From: a virus
Virus record (IMG/VR): IMGVR_UViG_3300038463_000401
DNA length: 64,000 nt
Strand: one strand, 5' to 3'
The notes beneath the pieces are model-generated. The model saw only the letters and a program-made list of their open reading frames with translations, searched no databases and had not been told where the DNA came from. Below, in pieces: positions 17,503 through 27,626 of this stretch. Made by a program: the position numbers and the translations under genes. Every line of letters begins with the position of its first letter. The first letter of the stretch is position 1.

Positions 17503-18338
17503 ACCGCCACCTCCCCTTTGATTGCTGGATGACAATCGTAGTCATGTAGTCCTATGTGTTCGTACCGGAGATCGAAGATGCTCTTGGGCGCGTCCCGCGT
17601 GAACGCGACATAGGGCAGCCTGAGCGGCTCTCTCTTTAGCTGCTCCTTTACTTGTGGAATATGGTTTTCGTAAATGTGCGCATCCCCGAAGGTGTGAACG
17701 AAGTCCCCCACCCCAAGGTCGCAATCCCGCGCCACCATGTGGGTCAGTAGCGCATAACTTGCGATGTTAAACGGCACGCCGAGAAAGAGATCTGCGCTGC
17801 GCTGGTAAAGTTGGCAACTGAGTTTCCCGTCTTGAACGTAGAACTGGAAGAGGCAGTGGCAGGGCGGGAGCGCCATGTCGGGGATATCGGCGGGGTTCCA
17901 GGCGGAGACGATCAGGCGACGGCAGTCGGGCTTATCCTTGATGCGCTGGACGACATTGGCAAGCTGATCAATCTCGATCGGCTTGTACGTTGAACCCCCC
18001 TCAAAGCACCATCCCGCGTCTTCGAAAGATTCCCACTGCCGCCATTGTCGTCCGTACACCGGCCCAAGCTCGCCCGTCTCCTTGTCTGCCCACTGATCCC
18101 AGATGTGCACGCCCTGGGCCTGCAGCGTTTTGGCGTTGGTGTCGCCGCTGATGAACCAGAGCAGCTCCGCAGCGATGCCCTTCCAAAACATCTTCTTCGT
18201 TGTAACGAGTGGAAATCCCCTCCTTAGGTCAAAGCGCATCTGTGCGCCGAAGATTCCGATCGTATCAACGCCTGTTCGGTTGGGGCGGCGACTGCCATGT
18301 TCTAGAACTTGGCGGAGGAGATCTAGGTATTGTTGCAT
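17499..18338 (-). CDS. thyA: Thymidylate synthase
   Basis: [58 protein letters not shown]. Confidence 0.98.
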   Translation of the reverse strand: MQQYLDLLRQVLEHGSRRPNRTGVDTIGIFGAQMRFDLRRGFPLVTTKKMFWKGIAAELLWFISGDTNAKTLQAQGVHIWDQWADKETGELGPVYGRQWRQWESFEDAGWCFEGGSTYKPIEIDQLANVVQRIKDKPDCRRLIVSAWNPADIPDMALPPCHCLFQFYVQDGKLSCQLYQRSADLFLGVPFNIASYALLTHMVARDCDLGVGDFVHTFGDAHIYENHIPQVKEQLKREPLRLPYVAFTRDAPKSIFDLRYEHIGLHDYDCHPAIKGEVAV

Positions 18339-18533
18339 TAGTTTTTAACTCCTCCCTCGGCGCGCCACTCCACCGTCTTCCAACCCCAGTAGTCGGGAGT
18401 TTCCGATGATTCATGGTTACCGGGCCAGCCTGGGTTAAGCCGCCACTCTTCGACCTCAAAGTACGTCTCGAGCCATACGTACGTATCCCCGATCCTCACC
18501 GGGAATAATGCGAAGTGCTCACGTGTGCGGCGG

Positions 18534-18926
18534 TCACCCTCTTTGACCTTCGGCTTGGCTTTCCATTGCATGTTTCTCCACCTCCATCTTTCTTATTCCC
18601 CGAAAGCCACGCACTTTTCGCTGGTCCGCCTCTGCCAGATGATGGAATTCTCCGCTGCGGCCAATGTAGTTTCCGGCAGGCCACACGGCACCAGTTGTGG
18701 TGCAGGTGAAGGAATGGTCGCTAGTGCGCACGCAGGTTACGTACATAAACCCGCGCACCAAGTCCCGCCAGGTTATGTACAGCTTGTCCCCAATTTCTAG
18801 CTCCTTGGGAATGCGTGGCACGCGATACCACATGACCTGGCTATAGTCTCGAACAGCGTCAAGCTCCTTCTGATAATCCCCCCAAGTCACACTTCTGGGG
18901 AGGGTCACTAGCCAGCTGTGTTTCAT
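18534..18926 (-). CDS. Hypothetical protein (possibly PUA/ASCH-like)
   Basis: 130-aa ORF; fold call is weak. Confidence 0.45.
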   Translation of the reverse strand: MKHSWLVTLPRSVTWGDYQKELDAVRDYSQVMWYRVPRIPKELEIGDKLYITWRDLVRGFMYVTCVRTSDHSFTCTTTGAVWPAGNYIGRSGEFHHLAEADQRKVRGFRGIRKMEVEKHAMESQAEGQRG

Positions 18927-19055
18927 ACGCCTGCCATAGAAGGGTCAACGACGACGACCGGGATGTTCTCGACCACAAACGACGATATACCAGACCACGG
19001 CGCAAGCAAGACTAAAGAGGTGATCTGTGCTTCTTCTGCGTAGCGCTTCACTTGT

Positions 19056-19421
19056 CTATATACCTCCTGGCGCCATCGTCAGCGCCATAGGCGATAGCCT
19101 AAAGCTGGTGTCGAGGTGAGCATCTGCCGTTGCTGCCAAGATGGCATCGTATTCAGCTGCGCCCGCGATTAGTTCTGACCAGAGGTCAGGTTCAACCGCA
19201 AGCGGGTACCGGTCGCAGATCCAGATCAAATCCTTCGCTGTCGCTTTGGTATCCGACAGTGACACAGGATTGTGCGTATGAAGGCCAAAGCCTTGATGGC
19301 GCTGAGTGCTGTTGTCAAAAAGCTGCCTAATCCGCATCATGACATGCGGGTCGGCATCAATGATCAGCCTCCCCGCTTCGCGGAAGATGCGGCCTTGCGG
19401 TTTCAACGACTCGCCCTCCAA
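19056..19421 (-). pseudogene. Probable N-terminal remnant of a phage SNF2-type helicase
   Basis: DPHVMMRIRQLF...SDT...KDLIWICDRYPL resembles, from recall, the N-terminus of phage SNF2 proteins; the ORF stops before any helicase motif. Confidence 0.4.
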
Positions 19422-19726
19422 ATCTTGTTAGGATTCTCTCTTGCGGATTCGAGCAGGCTTTTTAGCCAGTCTACGAATCCGTCATAGCTTCCCCAGCCGT
19501 TCTTGGGGTTCATGGCCCTGAATCTCTCTGGCTCGGCCACCAATCCTCTTATAGCCGTCTCAAGTTTTGGAATAGAGGCCGCGCCCGTCATGCCGTCGAT
19601 ATCGACCATGCTGGAATCTTCTGGGCAGACAGCACGCCACATCGGGCCGACATTGTACGTAAAGTTGAAACTGCTGCCTGAGCGCTCTTCGCAAGTTGGG
19701 CATGCTAGCCATAGGTCAAGGCTCAT
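19403..19726 (-). CDS. Conserved phage hypothetical protein
   Basis: NFTYNV...NPKNGWGSYDG; RBS ggagg before ATG 19726. Confidence 0.65.
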   Translation of the reverse strand: MSLDLWLACPTCEERSGSSFNFTYNVGPMWRAVCPEDSSMVDIDGMTGAASIPKLETAIRGLVAEPERFRAMNPKNGWGSYDGFVDWLKSLLESARENPNKIWRASR

Positions 19727-19727
19727 G

Positions 19728-19952
19728 TCACCTCCTACGTGTGTTCCAGGACAAGACGGCCTCCTTCTTGACTCGGTACCTTCGGGTGAACGGCTGAAGG
19801 AAACATGAAGCCATAAGGGATTCGCACTGCACAAACCACATAACGTCGCCGGGGCCGTAGCGGTAAGAGCCAAGGCGGCCGGGACCGCCGCAGAAGGGGC
19901 ACGGTTTTACTTTGGCTGTTGCCGTTTCCACTTTATGAATTTTCCTAGCCAT
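19728..19952 (-). CDS. Lar-like restriction alleviation Zn-finger protein
   Basis: KPCPFCGG...WFVQC...C...AVLSWNTR. Confidence 0.7.
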   Translation of the reverse strand: MARKIHKVETATAKVKPCPFCGGPGRLGSYRYGPGDVMWFVQCESLMASCFLQPFTRRYRVKKEAVLSWNTRRR

Positions 19953-20128
19953 TCGTGTAATCTCTCCGCGTCTTCGAGCGTCCAGCCCACATGGGCGAGC
20001 ATGGCGCTACCAGATGAGTCGACTTGTGCCATCCAAAAGGGCTTGCCGAAACCAGCCCAGTTAAGGATCTTCCATGCCCTTGGCTTCCTATGCTTTGCCA
20101 TTAAGTCACAACCTCCGTGACATACTAG

Positions 20129-20701
20129 TTACTTCGTCCAATACGGAAGAACGTGGCCTTCCACCTGCATCGGGACTGGCTGCTTGCCAGAGTCCCCAGA
20201 CAAATACTTCTCCGCCTTAGCAATCATGATCTGCCGCTTCACTGCAGAAACCTCCTGCGAGCACGACTTTGTCGACTCCGTCACAAGTTCGTCATAGACG
20301 TTAATCAGGATTTCCATCGGCACGCGGTTTGCCTTCTTCCAGTTGCGTAGCTCGATCATCGACTCCTTGGTCATCTCGACATTGGTTGACTGCATTGGGA
20401 AGTTACCTCCTTCGCGGTGGATATTCCCTAGTTTCATCTGGTACATCGGGTCGTTCTTGCCAAGAGGGAACGACGCGCGGTCATCAGGATTGGGCCTAAG
20501 CCAGTAGCGACGACGACCAGCGCCATTGACTAGGTAGCCTTGCTCAGCGGCGAGCCGGCCTATGCCGCGTATCCAACCTACGCCGACGTTGATCTCTTTT
20601 TCATAGTTGCGGAAAAGAGTCTTCGTCTCGTCGAATGCGATCTTGGTGCCTCCACCGTTTAAGTCCATGTAAAGTTTTCCTGGTCCCATGCCATAAGCTA
20701 T
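20129..20701 (-). CDS. polA: Family A DNA polymerase, exon 2
   Basis: Begins IAYGMG (end of motif B); contains REGGNFPMQST and INVYDE (motif C). Confidence 0.92.
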   Translation of the reverse strand: MAYGMGPGKLYMDLNGGGTKIAFDETKTLFRNYEKEINVGVGWIRGIGRLAAEQGYLVNGAGRRRYWLRPNPDDRASFPLGKNDPMYQMKLGNIHREGGNFPMQSTNVEMTKESMIELRNWKKANRVPMEILINVYDELVTESTKSCSQEVSAVKRQIMIAKAEKYLSGDSGKQPVPMQVEGHVLPYWTK

Positions 20702-20943
20702 CAATTTTGCTTAAGTTTTCACTTAAGATTAGACTATACCTTGCAGTGGGCTAGCCCACCACCCCACCGTATTTATGCCGTAGCATACCCAGACCGCGGG
20801 CGTTCTGTCCGCGCTGTGAGTCGTTGCACGCTTCCGTTGTTCCCAACGGATTCGCTCAGGATTGCCGTACAGACTGCTTATACCAGCCTGGTTAGGGTTC
20901 CCTGAATTGAGTGGGTTTTCCTTCGGCATAACGCTTAATGTCC
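20702..20943 (-). mobile_element. Group I self-splicing intron, 242 nt, no ORF
   Basis: 5' exon ends in U; P1 CTTCGGT pairs with GCCGAAG (U.G at the splice site). Core elements P AATTCAGGGAA, Q AATCCTGAGC, R GTGCAACGACT, S AAGGTATAGTCT; P9 CTTAAG-TGAAAA-CTTAAG; terminal G. Splicing restores KSLNFG-IAYGMG in frame. Confidence 0.95.
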
Positions 20944-22254
20944 ACCGAAGTTTAGCGATTTGACCCCTGTACGTCGCGGATCCTTCTTTGTTACTGTTTC
21001 CCCATATAGCTTCGTTGCTACGTGGCAGTGAACGTCGATCCCGCGGATGAAGGCATCTAGCAGGAACGGATCTTGAGACAGGTACGCCCAGATGCGAAGT
21101 TCGCAGCCCGAATAGTCGTCGGTTTGTACTTCGCAGGCGTCGTCGGTCTCGAAGCACTGACGGACTTCTGGCTCATGCGGGATATTGAGGAAGTTAACTG
21201 GGCTGTCTCCGGCGGAAGCCGGTCTTCCCGTGGTGGTTCCGACTTGGTGGAACTGCGGATGGATGCGGCCCGTTTTCGGGTGGATGGCGTCGATGAAGTT
21301 TTGTCCATAGGTGCTGATCCTCTTGGTATAGCCGCGGTACTCCTGTAACAGAGTCACAAAGGGATAGTTGGATAGCTTTTGCAGCGTGCGGTCGTTGGTG
21401 TCCTCGATCGGCCCTTCGACCTCTTGGCCTTTGACGATACTCTTAACGCGCACGCGCATGCCCTTGAGCAGCTTCAAGACTTGCTCGGGCGAGTCGAAGT
21501 TGATGTCAACGTTGCCAAAGAGATCAGACCTGAAGAGATGCGGAAACTCTGAGGCGTAGGGCGCCATCGCTATGCGTACCCGCTCGGCGTTAGCGATGTT
21601 CCTCTGAAGGATGGCTTGCCACTTAGGCACATTGAGTTTAACGCCACGAAACTCCATGTCCCCGAAGCACGGGACGCAATCGCTCTCCATCTGCCACACG
21701 CCGAGCTGTCCATCCTGGTTCAGATAGCTCGCCATCTTCTTTGCCAAAGGGCATAGCCAAAGCACGTCCTTAGCTGCGTACTGAAGCTGCTCCGGCGAGT
21801 AGTCGCCCACATGGCCAATAAAGGACTTCTGAAGGGACTTGTCGATATCGACATCGAGCCAAGACTTAGCAACGTCATCGAGCGCGAAGCCCCTGTCCTT
21901 CCTACCGTTGTGGTAGATCTTATCCGCCAGCATCGTATCGCGCAGTCCTTCGACCTCAATGCCATGCGTGCCCTTCATCATCTTGTAGTCGAACTTAGCA
22001 TTGTGCGCGATCTTGCGGATGCCCCCATTCTCGAAAAAGGGCCTTAGGCCCTGTACCGAAACTCGGCGGGAGTCCATCACGTACTGGTCTTCTTCGTTGC
22101 CGATCTGCACCAACGTCACTTTGTTGGAGTGACAATCAAGACCCGATGTTTCCGTATCAAAACCCCACACTGGCTGACTCATCAGAATCGGGAGCAGCGC
22201 TTCCACCTCCTGAATGGTCTTTAGCACGTGTACCGTCATAGTCCGCTCCATCAC
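20944..22254 (-). CDS. polA: Family A DNA polymerase, exon 1 (3'-5' exonuclease plus polymerase motifs A and B)
   Basis: FDTETSG, HNAKFD, YAAKD, TTTGRPAS, DYSGCELR, KSLNFG. Confidence 0.95.
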
Positions 22255-22439
22255 TGGTTTTTGGTTCCATAGGACTTATACCAGCATCGCCCTGCTTCCG
22301 CAGCATGATGATGGCAACCAAAAGAGCCCAGAGACAGACGATCTGTTCGGTGGTCATAGGTAAACTATTTATGAAAGATTTGTTGGGGACTGCTACCCTC
22401 TTAGAGTAGCGGCCCCCAACGGACTTTGCAATAGTTTCA

Positions 22440-23399
22440 CTAGAGAAAAGAGACGCGCGGCGTGCCGCCTTCGGCAGCGACTAACACTTGTCTAACGAAC
22501 GCGTCGTATGTCCAGTTTCCCAGGCGATCGAGGCCGCGGAAGCCGGTAGCTATCAGATCGTTCCCTCTATCCTTGTAGTAGAGAAGCTTTTCTACGAGTT
22601 CGTCTAATGAGCTATACCAAATGAAGTGCTCATCATCTTCTCCGAAGATGTCAGTGAAGCCGCTTACTCTGTCGCAGAACATCGCCTGACCCGTCGACAC
22701 GATCTGAAAGAACCGTTCGTTGAAGTACAGCTTATCCTTATTATAGGCGTGGTTGCTGATGTTCATCCGTGTAGCGTGGATGGCCTCGGGCAGCGTATCT
22801 TCCCACTGCACCTGTCCGCGGCACGCAGGCTTGGCTTCGATCTCCGGGTTGAACCCGTAGAGCGCGAACTGTTCTCCGAACGTAGCTGTCAGCCGGTCGA
22901 TCATCTCGCCGCGGTCGAGGAAGTTGTCCGGGTATACCCGGCGGGGGTATAGGTTAGTGCAGATGAATGAGGTCAAGTGGCGTTCAGCCACCTGTAGGTG
23001 GCCGTAGACAGCCACGTCCATCGCCGGAGGCATGAAGAACGCCTTCATCCCCTGGACGTTGTACGTGTCCACGCTTTCTAGACAACTCGTCAGGCAGATG
23101 TCGTGCTCGCGCGCCCACCTGACTTCGTCAGATGACGCGTGGTACTTGATCCAGTGCGGGTCGTCAAAGGACCAGAAGATCTTGGTCTTGATCGGCAGAT
23201 TTTTTATATAACCTGCCGGCACGTTGCCCAGCCCGATCTTGAACGTGAAAAGCAGGTCGACATCGTCGAACCATGGCATGAACGCCGGGAACGTCTGCAC
23301 ATGCCTGACGTCATGCCCCGCGCGCTGAAACGCTCGATACACCGCGCCAACGCTTTGCTTGGGGCCGTAGCCGCCTAGGATTGCGATCTTCATCTGCAC
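22440..23399 (-). CDS. CgeB/YkvP-like glycosyltransferase
   Basis: FWSFDDP, NISN...YFNERFFQI...FCD...YSSLDELVEKLLYY. Confidence 0.8.
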   Translation of the reverse strand: MQMKIAILGGYGPKQSVGAVYRAFQRAGHDVRHVQTFPAFMPWFDDVDLLFTFKIGLGNVPAGYIKNLPIKTKIFWSFDDPHWIKYHASSDEVRWAREHDICLTSCLESVDTYNVQGMKAFFMPPAMDVAVYGHLQVAERHLTSFICTNLYPRRVYPDNFLDRGEMIDRLTATFGEQFALYGFNPEIEAKPACRGQVQWEDTLPEAIHATRMNISNHAYNKDKLYFNERFFQIVSTGQAMFCDRVSGFTDIFGEDDEHFIWYSSLDELVEKLLYYKDRGNDLIATGFRGLDRLGNWTYDAFVRQVLVAAEGGTPRVSFL

Positions 23400-23929
23400 C
23401 TCTTACAGTCGTCATCGTCTGGGTGAGTATTTTCCAAGCTGAAGAACCTGCCACAGTGCTTGCACTTGCCAGCATCCGGCTTGCGCCGTGCCCGCCGCTG
23501 AGGCATCTTCTTCCGATCAAGAAACGGCGCGAAGCCCCGGCCGCGCAGTGTCTCAATGCTGACAGCAGGGTTCTGACAGTGCTCGACGTGTTCCTTTGCC
23601 CAGGCCACTTCCTCCCCGCGGCAGTCAACTATCCCCTTTGCTTCCTCTGCTGTATAAAGCCCCGCCTCGGCGAGGTTGTGGGTGTAGCCGGCGCTGCCTT
23701 TTCGCCACCACAAAATGTAGTCATAGGCATAGTTGCTGGTGCATTGGATGTAGTAGAGCGGCTCTTTACTAGTAAAGCGAGGTCTGTCCTTATCGTACCT
23801 GCGCAGAGCATCTCGCTCCTTAATGACTTTGTCTAGCGCAGCGACCACCTTGCCATAGGATGGCCGGTCGTTGTCGCTATATCTGGCACGGCTTAGTACA
23901 AATTCTGGGTCGCTCCAGTTAACCGCCAT
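23390..23929 (-). CDS. Hypothetical phage protein
   Basis: LWWRKGSAGYTHNL..AGLYT motif; C-terminal CKHC. Confidence 0.6.
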   Translation of the reverse strand: MAVNWSDPEFVLSRARYSDNDRPSYGKVVAALDKVIKERDALRRYDKDRPRFTSKEPLYYIQCTSNYAYDYILWWRKGSAGYTHNLAEAGLYTAEEAKGIVDCRGEEVAWAKEHVEHCQNPAVSIETLRGRGFAPFLDRKKMPQRRARRKPDAGKCKHCGRFFSLENTHPDDDDCKRCR

Positions 23930-24074
23930 CCGCATCCTCCGCCGCAGCCGCCAGCGCCTCCGAATACCCAGCCCAGTTGTCCACGCCAGCGACCATCAAC
24001 GCGTTGAGCATAACGCTGTCGTCGACGAGGCGGTCGTACTCTTTCTTAGGGATTGAAATCATTTCGATGCTCAT
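23919..24074 (-). CDS. 51-aa conserved phage protein (below ORF-track length cutoff)
   Basis: MSIEMISIPKKEYDRLVDDSVMLNALMVAGVDNWAGYSEAL; RBS ggagaacac. Confidence 0.7.
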   Translation of the reverse strand: MSIEMISIPKKEYDRLVDDSVMLNALMVAGVDNWAGYSEALAAAAEDADGG

Positions 24075-26050
24075 GTGTTCTCCCAATGGTTAAGGACTTC
24101 TTGGCAGATCTCTCGGTTCTTAGCGTTTACGCTAAGCATGTGCTTCTTCAAGATTTGCCCCATTTCGTCGGCCCTTTCTAGCAAGAGGGTTAGCCGGGCG
24201 ACTAGAGTCGATGGGTCTTCAAAATGCGGCGTCACGCACCAGTCGACATTCTGTGCGATGGATGTGATCGACCCCGTCAAGACTGGGGTGCCCAGTAAGA
24301 AACTCTCCGCCGTCAGGTAGCTGTACACCTCCGATAGCGACACGCACATGTTCACGTGCATGCCGCCGAGTAGTTCATAATACTCCTTGTCTGACAAGGT
24401 CTTAGTGTGAACCACGATGCGTCCAAGGATACCAAGCGCGCGCAGCACCTCCGGGTGTTTCAGTTCTTGGACGTGAATCGAGGAGTTCTCGATCATCGCC
24501 GCGGCAACGATCTGGCACTCCATGTTCTTCCAGGACTGCCCCGAGCCTAGGATGCCGATGTGCGGGCCGTCGATGAGCTTGGTCGGGGCTACGCCACCAA
24601 GATCCTCGTCGATGACGTTCGGGAAGTACGCTGTCGGGAACCCGAAATGAGCCCACGACTCGGCCAGTCCCTTGTGCGGCGTGGCCAAGAAGTCTATGTG
24701 CTTTGCACGATAGGCATCGAGAGTCTCAGCCATCCACACCCTGTTGATGTGATCGAACTCGTTTAAGATATAGGACGCGTGCCACGTAACTGCGACCTTC
24801 GCCCCAACTGAGCGCGCCGCGGCGCAGATAGGCTGCCATGCCTTCTGGTAGCAGCCTAGTATCACCAGGCCAGGCCGTTCTTTTTTTATCAAATGAACGG
24901 CCTCTTCTGGCGATGCGTAGGAGTCGCAGCACCCAGCGAGCGCGCGGACGACGCCGTACCAGCCGCGTGGCGTCACACCAAGCGCCTTATGTGGATACAT
25001 AGGGCGGTTGGCGACCGGCTTGAAGATCTTCGCCGCCTGTGTTGGGATAACCCCCGCCGCAGGTTTGCTACGCGGGACTATCGGCGTGGAAACCAGCACC
25101 GGCTCGCGGTAGAGGTCGAGGTAAGAGGAGGCCATGGTTTCAGCGGAGAAGCCCAGCGCTTCTGGGCGTAGAATAGCGCCGTACTGGATGATATTTTCGA
25201 CACAGTCTACAAGCCCTTGCGGGGAGTCGACGATGAATCCGTGCTCGCCGTCCTTAAGGTAGGACGTGATCCCTCCGCAGTCGAGCATCACCGGAGGGCA
25301 TGCGCACGCCATCGCCTCCGCAATGGCCAGCCCAAAGCTCTCATGCGGAGACGCCGAGATGAATGCCCACCACCTCCTGTAGAAGTCTTCTGGTCGGTCA
25401 GTCTGCCCATAAACGTCAATGTTGGGATGGGCGCCGGCGTACCCGCAAAAATCCTGCCCCACGAGCTCCATGCGGCAAGGGATCTGCCCCGCAATCTCGA
25501 TCAGGGTGTCGATGCCCTTGTCTTTGCAGAGCCTGCCGGCGAAGCCGATCACTGGCGTCTTTGACCTTGCCTCTGCAATGGGGAAGAACTGCTCATGGTC
25601 GACGCCATTGGCGATTACCTTGGTGCTCAGCCCAGGGCAATGACCCTGAATGAACGACTCGGCGTCAGGGCTGACGCATACCGCGACCTGCGTGTACTCG
25701 TGCCCATAGGACGTCGCGTCTCCATGAAACTGGTTCTTGTTATGAATGACTTCGATGACTCGCGGCCTTTTTTGTAAATAAGGCAGCGCGCGCGCCATCA
25801 GCGGGCTTGTATAGAACTGAATGAGATCTGGGGCTGCGGCGTCGAGAGCGTTGATCAGCCGCTTCCTGTCACTGGCAAGCACGGTGTAGGGGACTTCCAG
25901 TTTTTGTAAAAACGGGAAGATGGCGGGATGTTCGTAGGTAAGCGAGATGGCTAGGGTAGGATCTAGTCTACGCAGATATTTGATCAGATAACGTAACTGT
26001 TGCTCCGCGCCGCCTATGAAGGCAGCCGGGCAGTGGAAGTGAAGCTTCAT
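24071..26050 (-). CDS. Two-domain GT4-like (GT-B) glycosyltransferase
   Basis: GGAEQ, IANGVD, FAGRL...KG, ESFGLAIAEAMAC; second GT-B unit with SEVYSYLTAESFLLGTPVL. Confidence 0.85.
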   Translation of the reverse strand: MKLHFHCPAAFIGGAEQQLRYLIKYLRRLDPTLAISLTYEHPAIFPFLQKLEVPYTVLASDRKRLINALDAAAPDLIQFYTSPLMARALPYLQKRPRVIEVIHNKNQFHGDATSYGHEYTQVAVCVSPDAESFIQGHCPGLSTKVIANGVDHEQFFPIAEARSKTPVIGFAGRLCKDKGIDTLIEIAGQIPCRMELVGQDFCGYAGAHPNIDVYGQTDRPEDFYRRWWAFISASPHESFGLAIAEAMACACPPVMLDCGGITSYLKDGEHGFIVDSPQGLVDCVENIIQYGAILRPEALGFSAETMASSYLDLYREPVLVSTPIVPRSKPAAGVIPTQAAKIFKPVANRPMYPHKALGVTPRGWYGVVRALAGCCDSYASPEEAVHLIKKERPGLVILGCYQKAWQPICAAARSVGAKVAVTWHASYILNEFDHINRVWMAETLDAYRAKHIDFLATPHKGLAESWAHFGFPTAYFPNVIDEDLGGVAPTKLIDGPHIGILGSGQSWKNMECQIVAAAMIENSSIHVQELKHPEVLRALGILGRIVVHTKTLSDKEYYELLGGMHVNMCVSLSEVYSYLTAESFLLGTPVLTGSITSIAQNVDWCVTPHFEDPSTLVARLTLLLERADEMGQILKKHMLSVNAKNREICQEVLNHWENT

Positions 26051-26058
26051 GTGTTCTC

Positions 26059-27006
26059 CTAGAGGTCTTCGTACATCTCAACGTATTGCTTAACCAGAAA
26101 CTCCGGATTCCAAAACCGCTCCATCCACTGGCGGCTCTGCAGACCAAGCGTCTGCCAAGACCGCTCCTTGATAACTCGGTCGAGCTCCGTTTTGAACGTT
26201 GCTGGGTTAGCGATCAGCCAGGGCAGCCTATCGCAGCCGGTCATCTTCTTCAGGACTTCGTGGGTGAGCTTGTCCACATTGGCAAACACCGGAATGCCCA
26301 TCGCTAAGAACTCTAGCGAGCTGAGGTGGTAGCTTCCCGTCGAGATTTCGTCGACCCCGATGTCCGCATTGCGCTTCATCTCGATCATCTTCTCGTAAGG
26401 CTGCTGCCAGATCAGCTGGTAGTAGATCTCCTGCGCCAGCGCTTTGCGCTTTAGCAAAGGGCTTACCACCCCATAGGATTTGTCGTCCCATCCCTTGCCC
26501 GTTGCGTTCGACGGCGAGTAGCTCACGACTGGCATCGGGCGCAGCGGCGGCACATCACGCTTAAACTCGTCGTGGTTAATGTCCACGACGTTCGGCACGA
26601 TATAGGTCAGCTCGTTTAGCCACTGGCGGGGATGGTACTGAGCGACGATCGCCAGCGGTACGCCGCTCTCGATCTCTTGGGAGAAGTCCTCGGACTCTCG
26701 AGGGGAGTGGATCTGAATGACCTCCTTCTTTACAGAAGTAAATCCTGCGTGCTTGAAGATCTCCTGCCGCTTCCACCGGTTGTGATAGTGGATCACATCC
26801 GCCCAGTTCAGCCAGTAGACCAGCTCTGCTTGCTGCATGACGCTGCCGACCATGTCGTTGCGGTACCGTCTCCATGGCTGCTTCCGAGGCACGTTGTCCC
26901 ACACGATGTGCCTGGCCTCTACGCCGTCGGCGTATTTGTTCAGGAGCTCGACGATGCGAATTGGCGCCCCGCTTAACGGACTATCTGAGAGATGAAGGAC
27001 TTTCAA
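26059..27006 (-). CDS. GT4-like glycosyltransferase
   Basis: MKVLHL...GAP, ADIGVDE...GSYHLSSLEFLAMGIPV. Confidence 0.75.
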   Translation of the reverse strand: MKVLHLSDSPLSGAPIRIVELLNKYADGVEARHIVWDNVPRKQPWRRYRNDMVGSVMQQAELVYWLNWADVIHYHNRWKRQEIFKHAGFTSVKKEVIQIHSPRESEDFSQEIESGVPLAIVAQYHPRQWLNELTYIVPNVVDINHDEFKRDVPPLRPMPVVSYSPSNATGKGWDDKSYGVVSPLLKRKALAQEIYYQLIWQQPYEKMIEMKRNADIGVDEISTGSYHLSSLEFLAMGIPVFANVDKLTHEVLKKMTGCDRLPWLIANPATFKTELDRVIKERSWQTLGLQSRQWMERFWNPEFLVKQYVEMYEDL

Positions 27007-27164
27007 GGGCTCTCCGCTTAAAGTAATAGTAATTGATCACCGCCGCATTGATGGCCAGCACCGCCGCTGGCACCATACGCCAGCTTGGGTGGCCAAGATC
27101 CCGCTGCCAGATCGCTCCCGCAATGAAGATCGTTACATAGTGGCAAACGGGGATCCACCCTAGC

Positions 27165-27626
27165 TTAACGGCCCTCGTACACCATTCCAAGAAGCTTAGG
27201 CTGGTAACGGACCCACGCCGAGGTGATCTTATCCGAATCAAAGCCGACAAGGGCCCCATCCTTAGCTTGAAATTTGACATAGCCTGCTTTCTCCAGGGCG
27301 CGCAGCCCGTCAATGCTTAGCTTCTGCGGGATCGGCGGCGTCGCCTGCTCAAAGCCCCAACAGAGGTCTCCGATCATCCCCTCCTTGACTGCCCCTTGCT
27401 TGGAGAAGCAGTCAAAGAGGAGCTTCAAAACAATCTGCCCCTGGGCACTGAGGTCGCCCGGGATTAGGAGGGAGGCTGCGAAGAAGCTGCGCAACTTGCG
27501 TAGCTCCTGTGGTTTGTTGACCACAGTAGCTTCGAGGTTCATCACGGACTTCGCCCCAGCCTGAGGCTTCGTCTTATGGTGCTTGATCCGCGGCTTGGCG
27601 CCGAGGGTCTTTTCTAGATCAGACAT
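27165..27626 (-). CDS. Hypothetical protein (possible winged helix)
   Basis: 153-aa ORF coupled to the HD nuclease gene. Confidence 0.55.
   Translation of the reverse strand: MSDLEKTLGAKPRIKHHKTKPQAGAKSVMNLEATVVNKPQELRKLRSFFAASLLIPGDLSAQGQIVLKLLFDCFSKQGAVKEGMIGDLCWGFEQATPPIPQKLSIDGLRALEKAGYVKFQAKDGALVGFDSDKITSAWVRYQPKLLGMVYEGR

Noticed and set aside
20704-20943. Intein, frameshift or split-gene explanation for the broken polymerase
   Set aside because: The insert contains stop codons and has a full group I intron core; precise removal restores motif B in frame.
22157-22357. 66-aa ORF overlapping the polymerase start
   Set aside because: It overlaps polA by 98 nt and covers the putative promoter motif; coding status cannot be supported.
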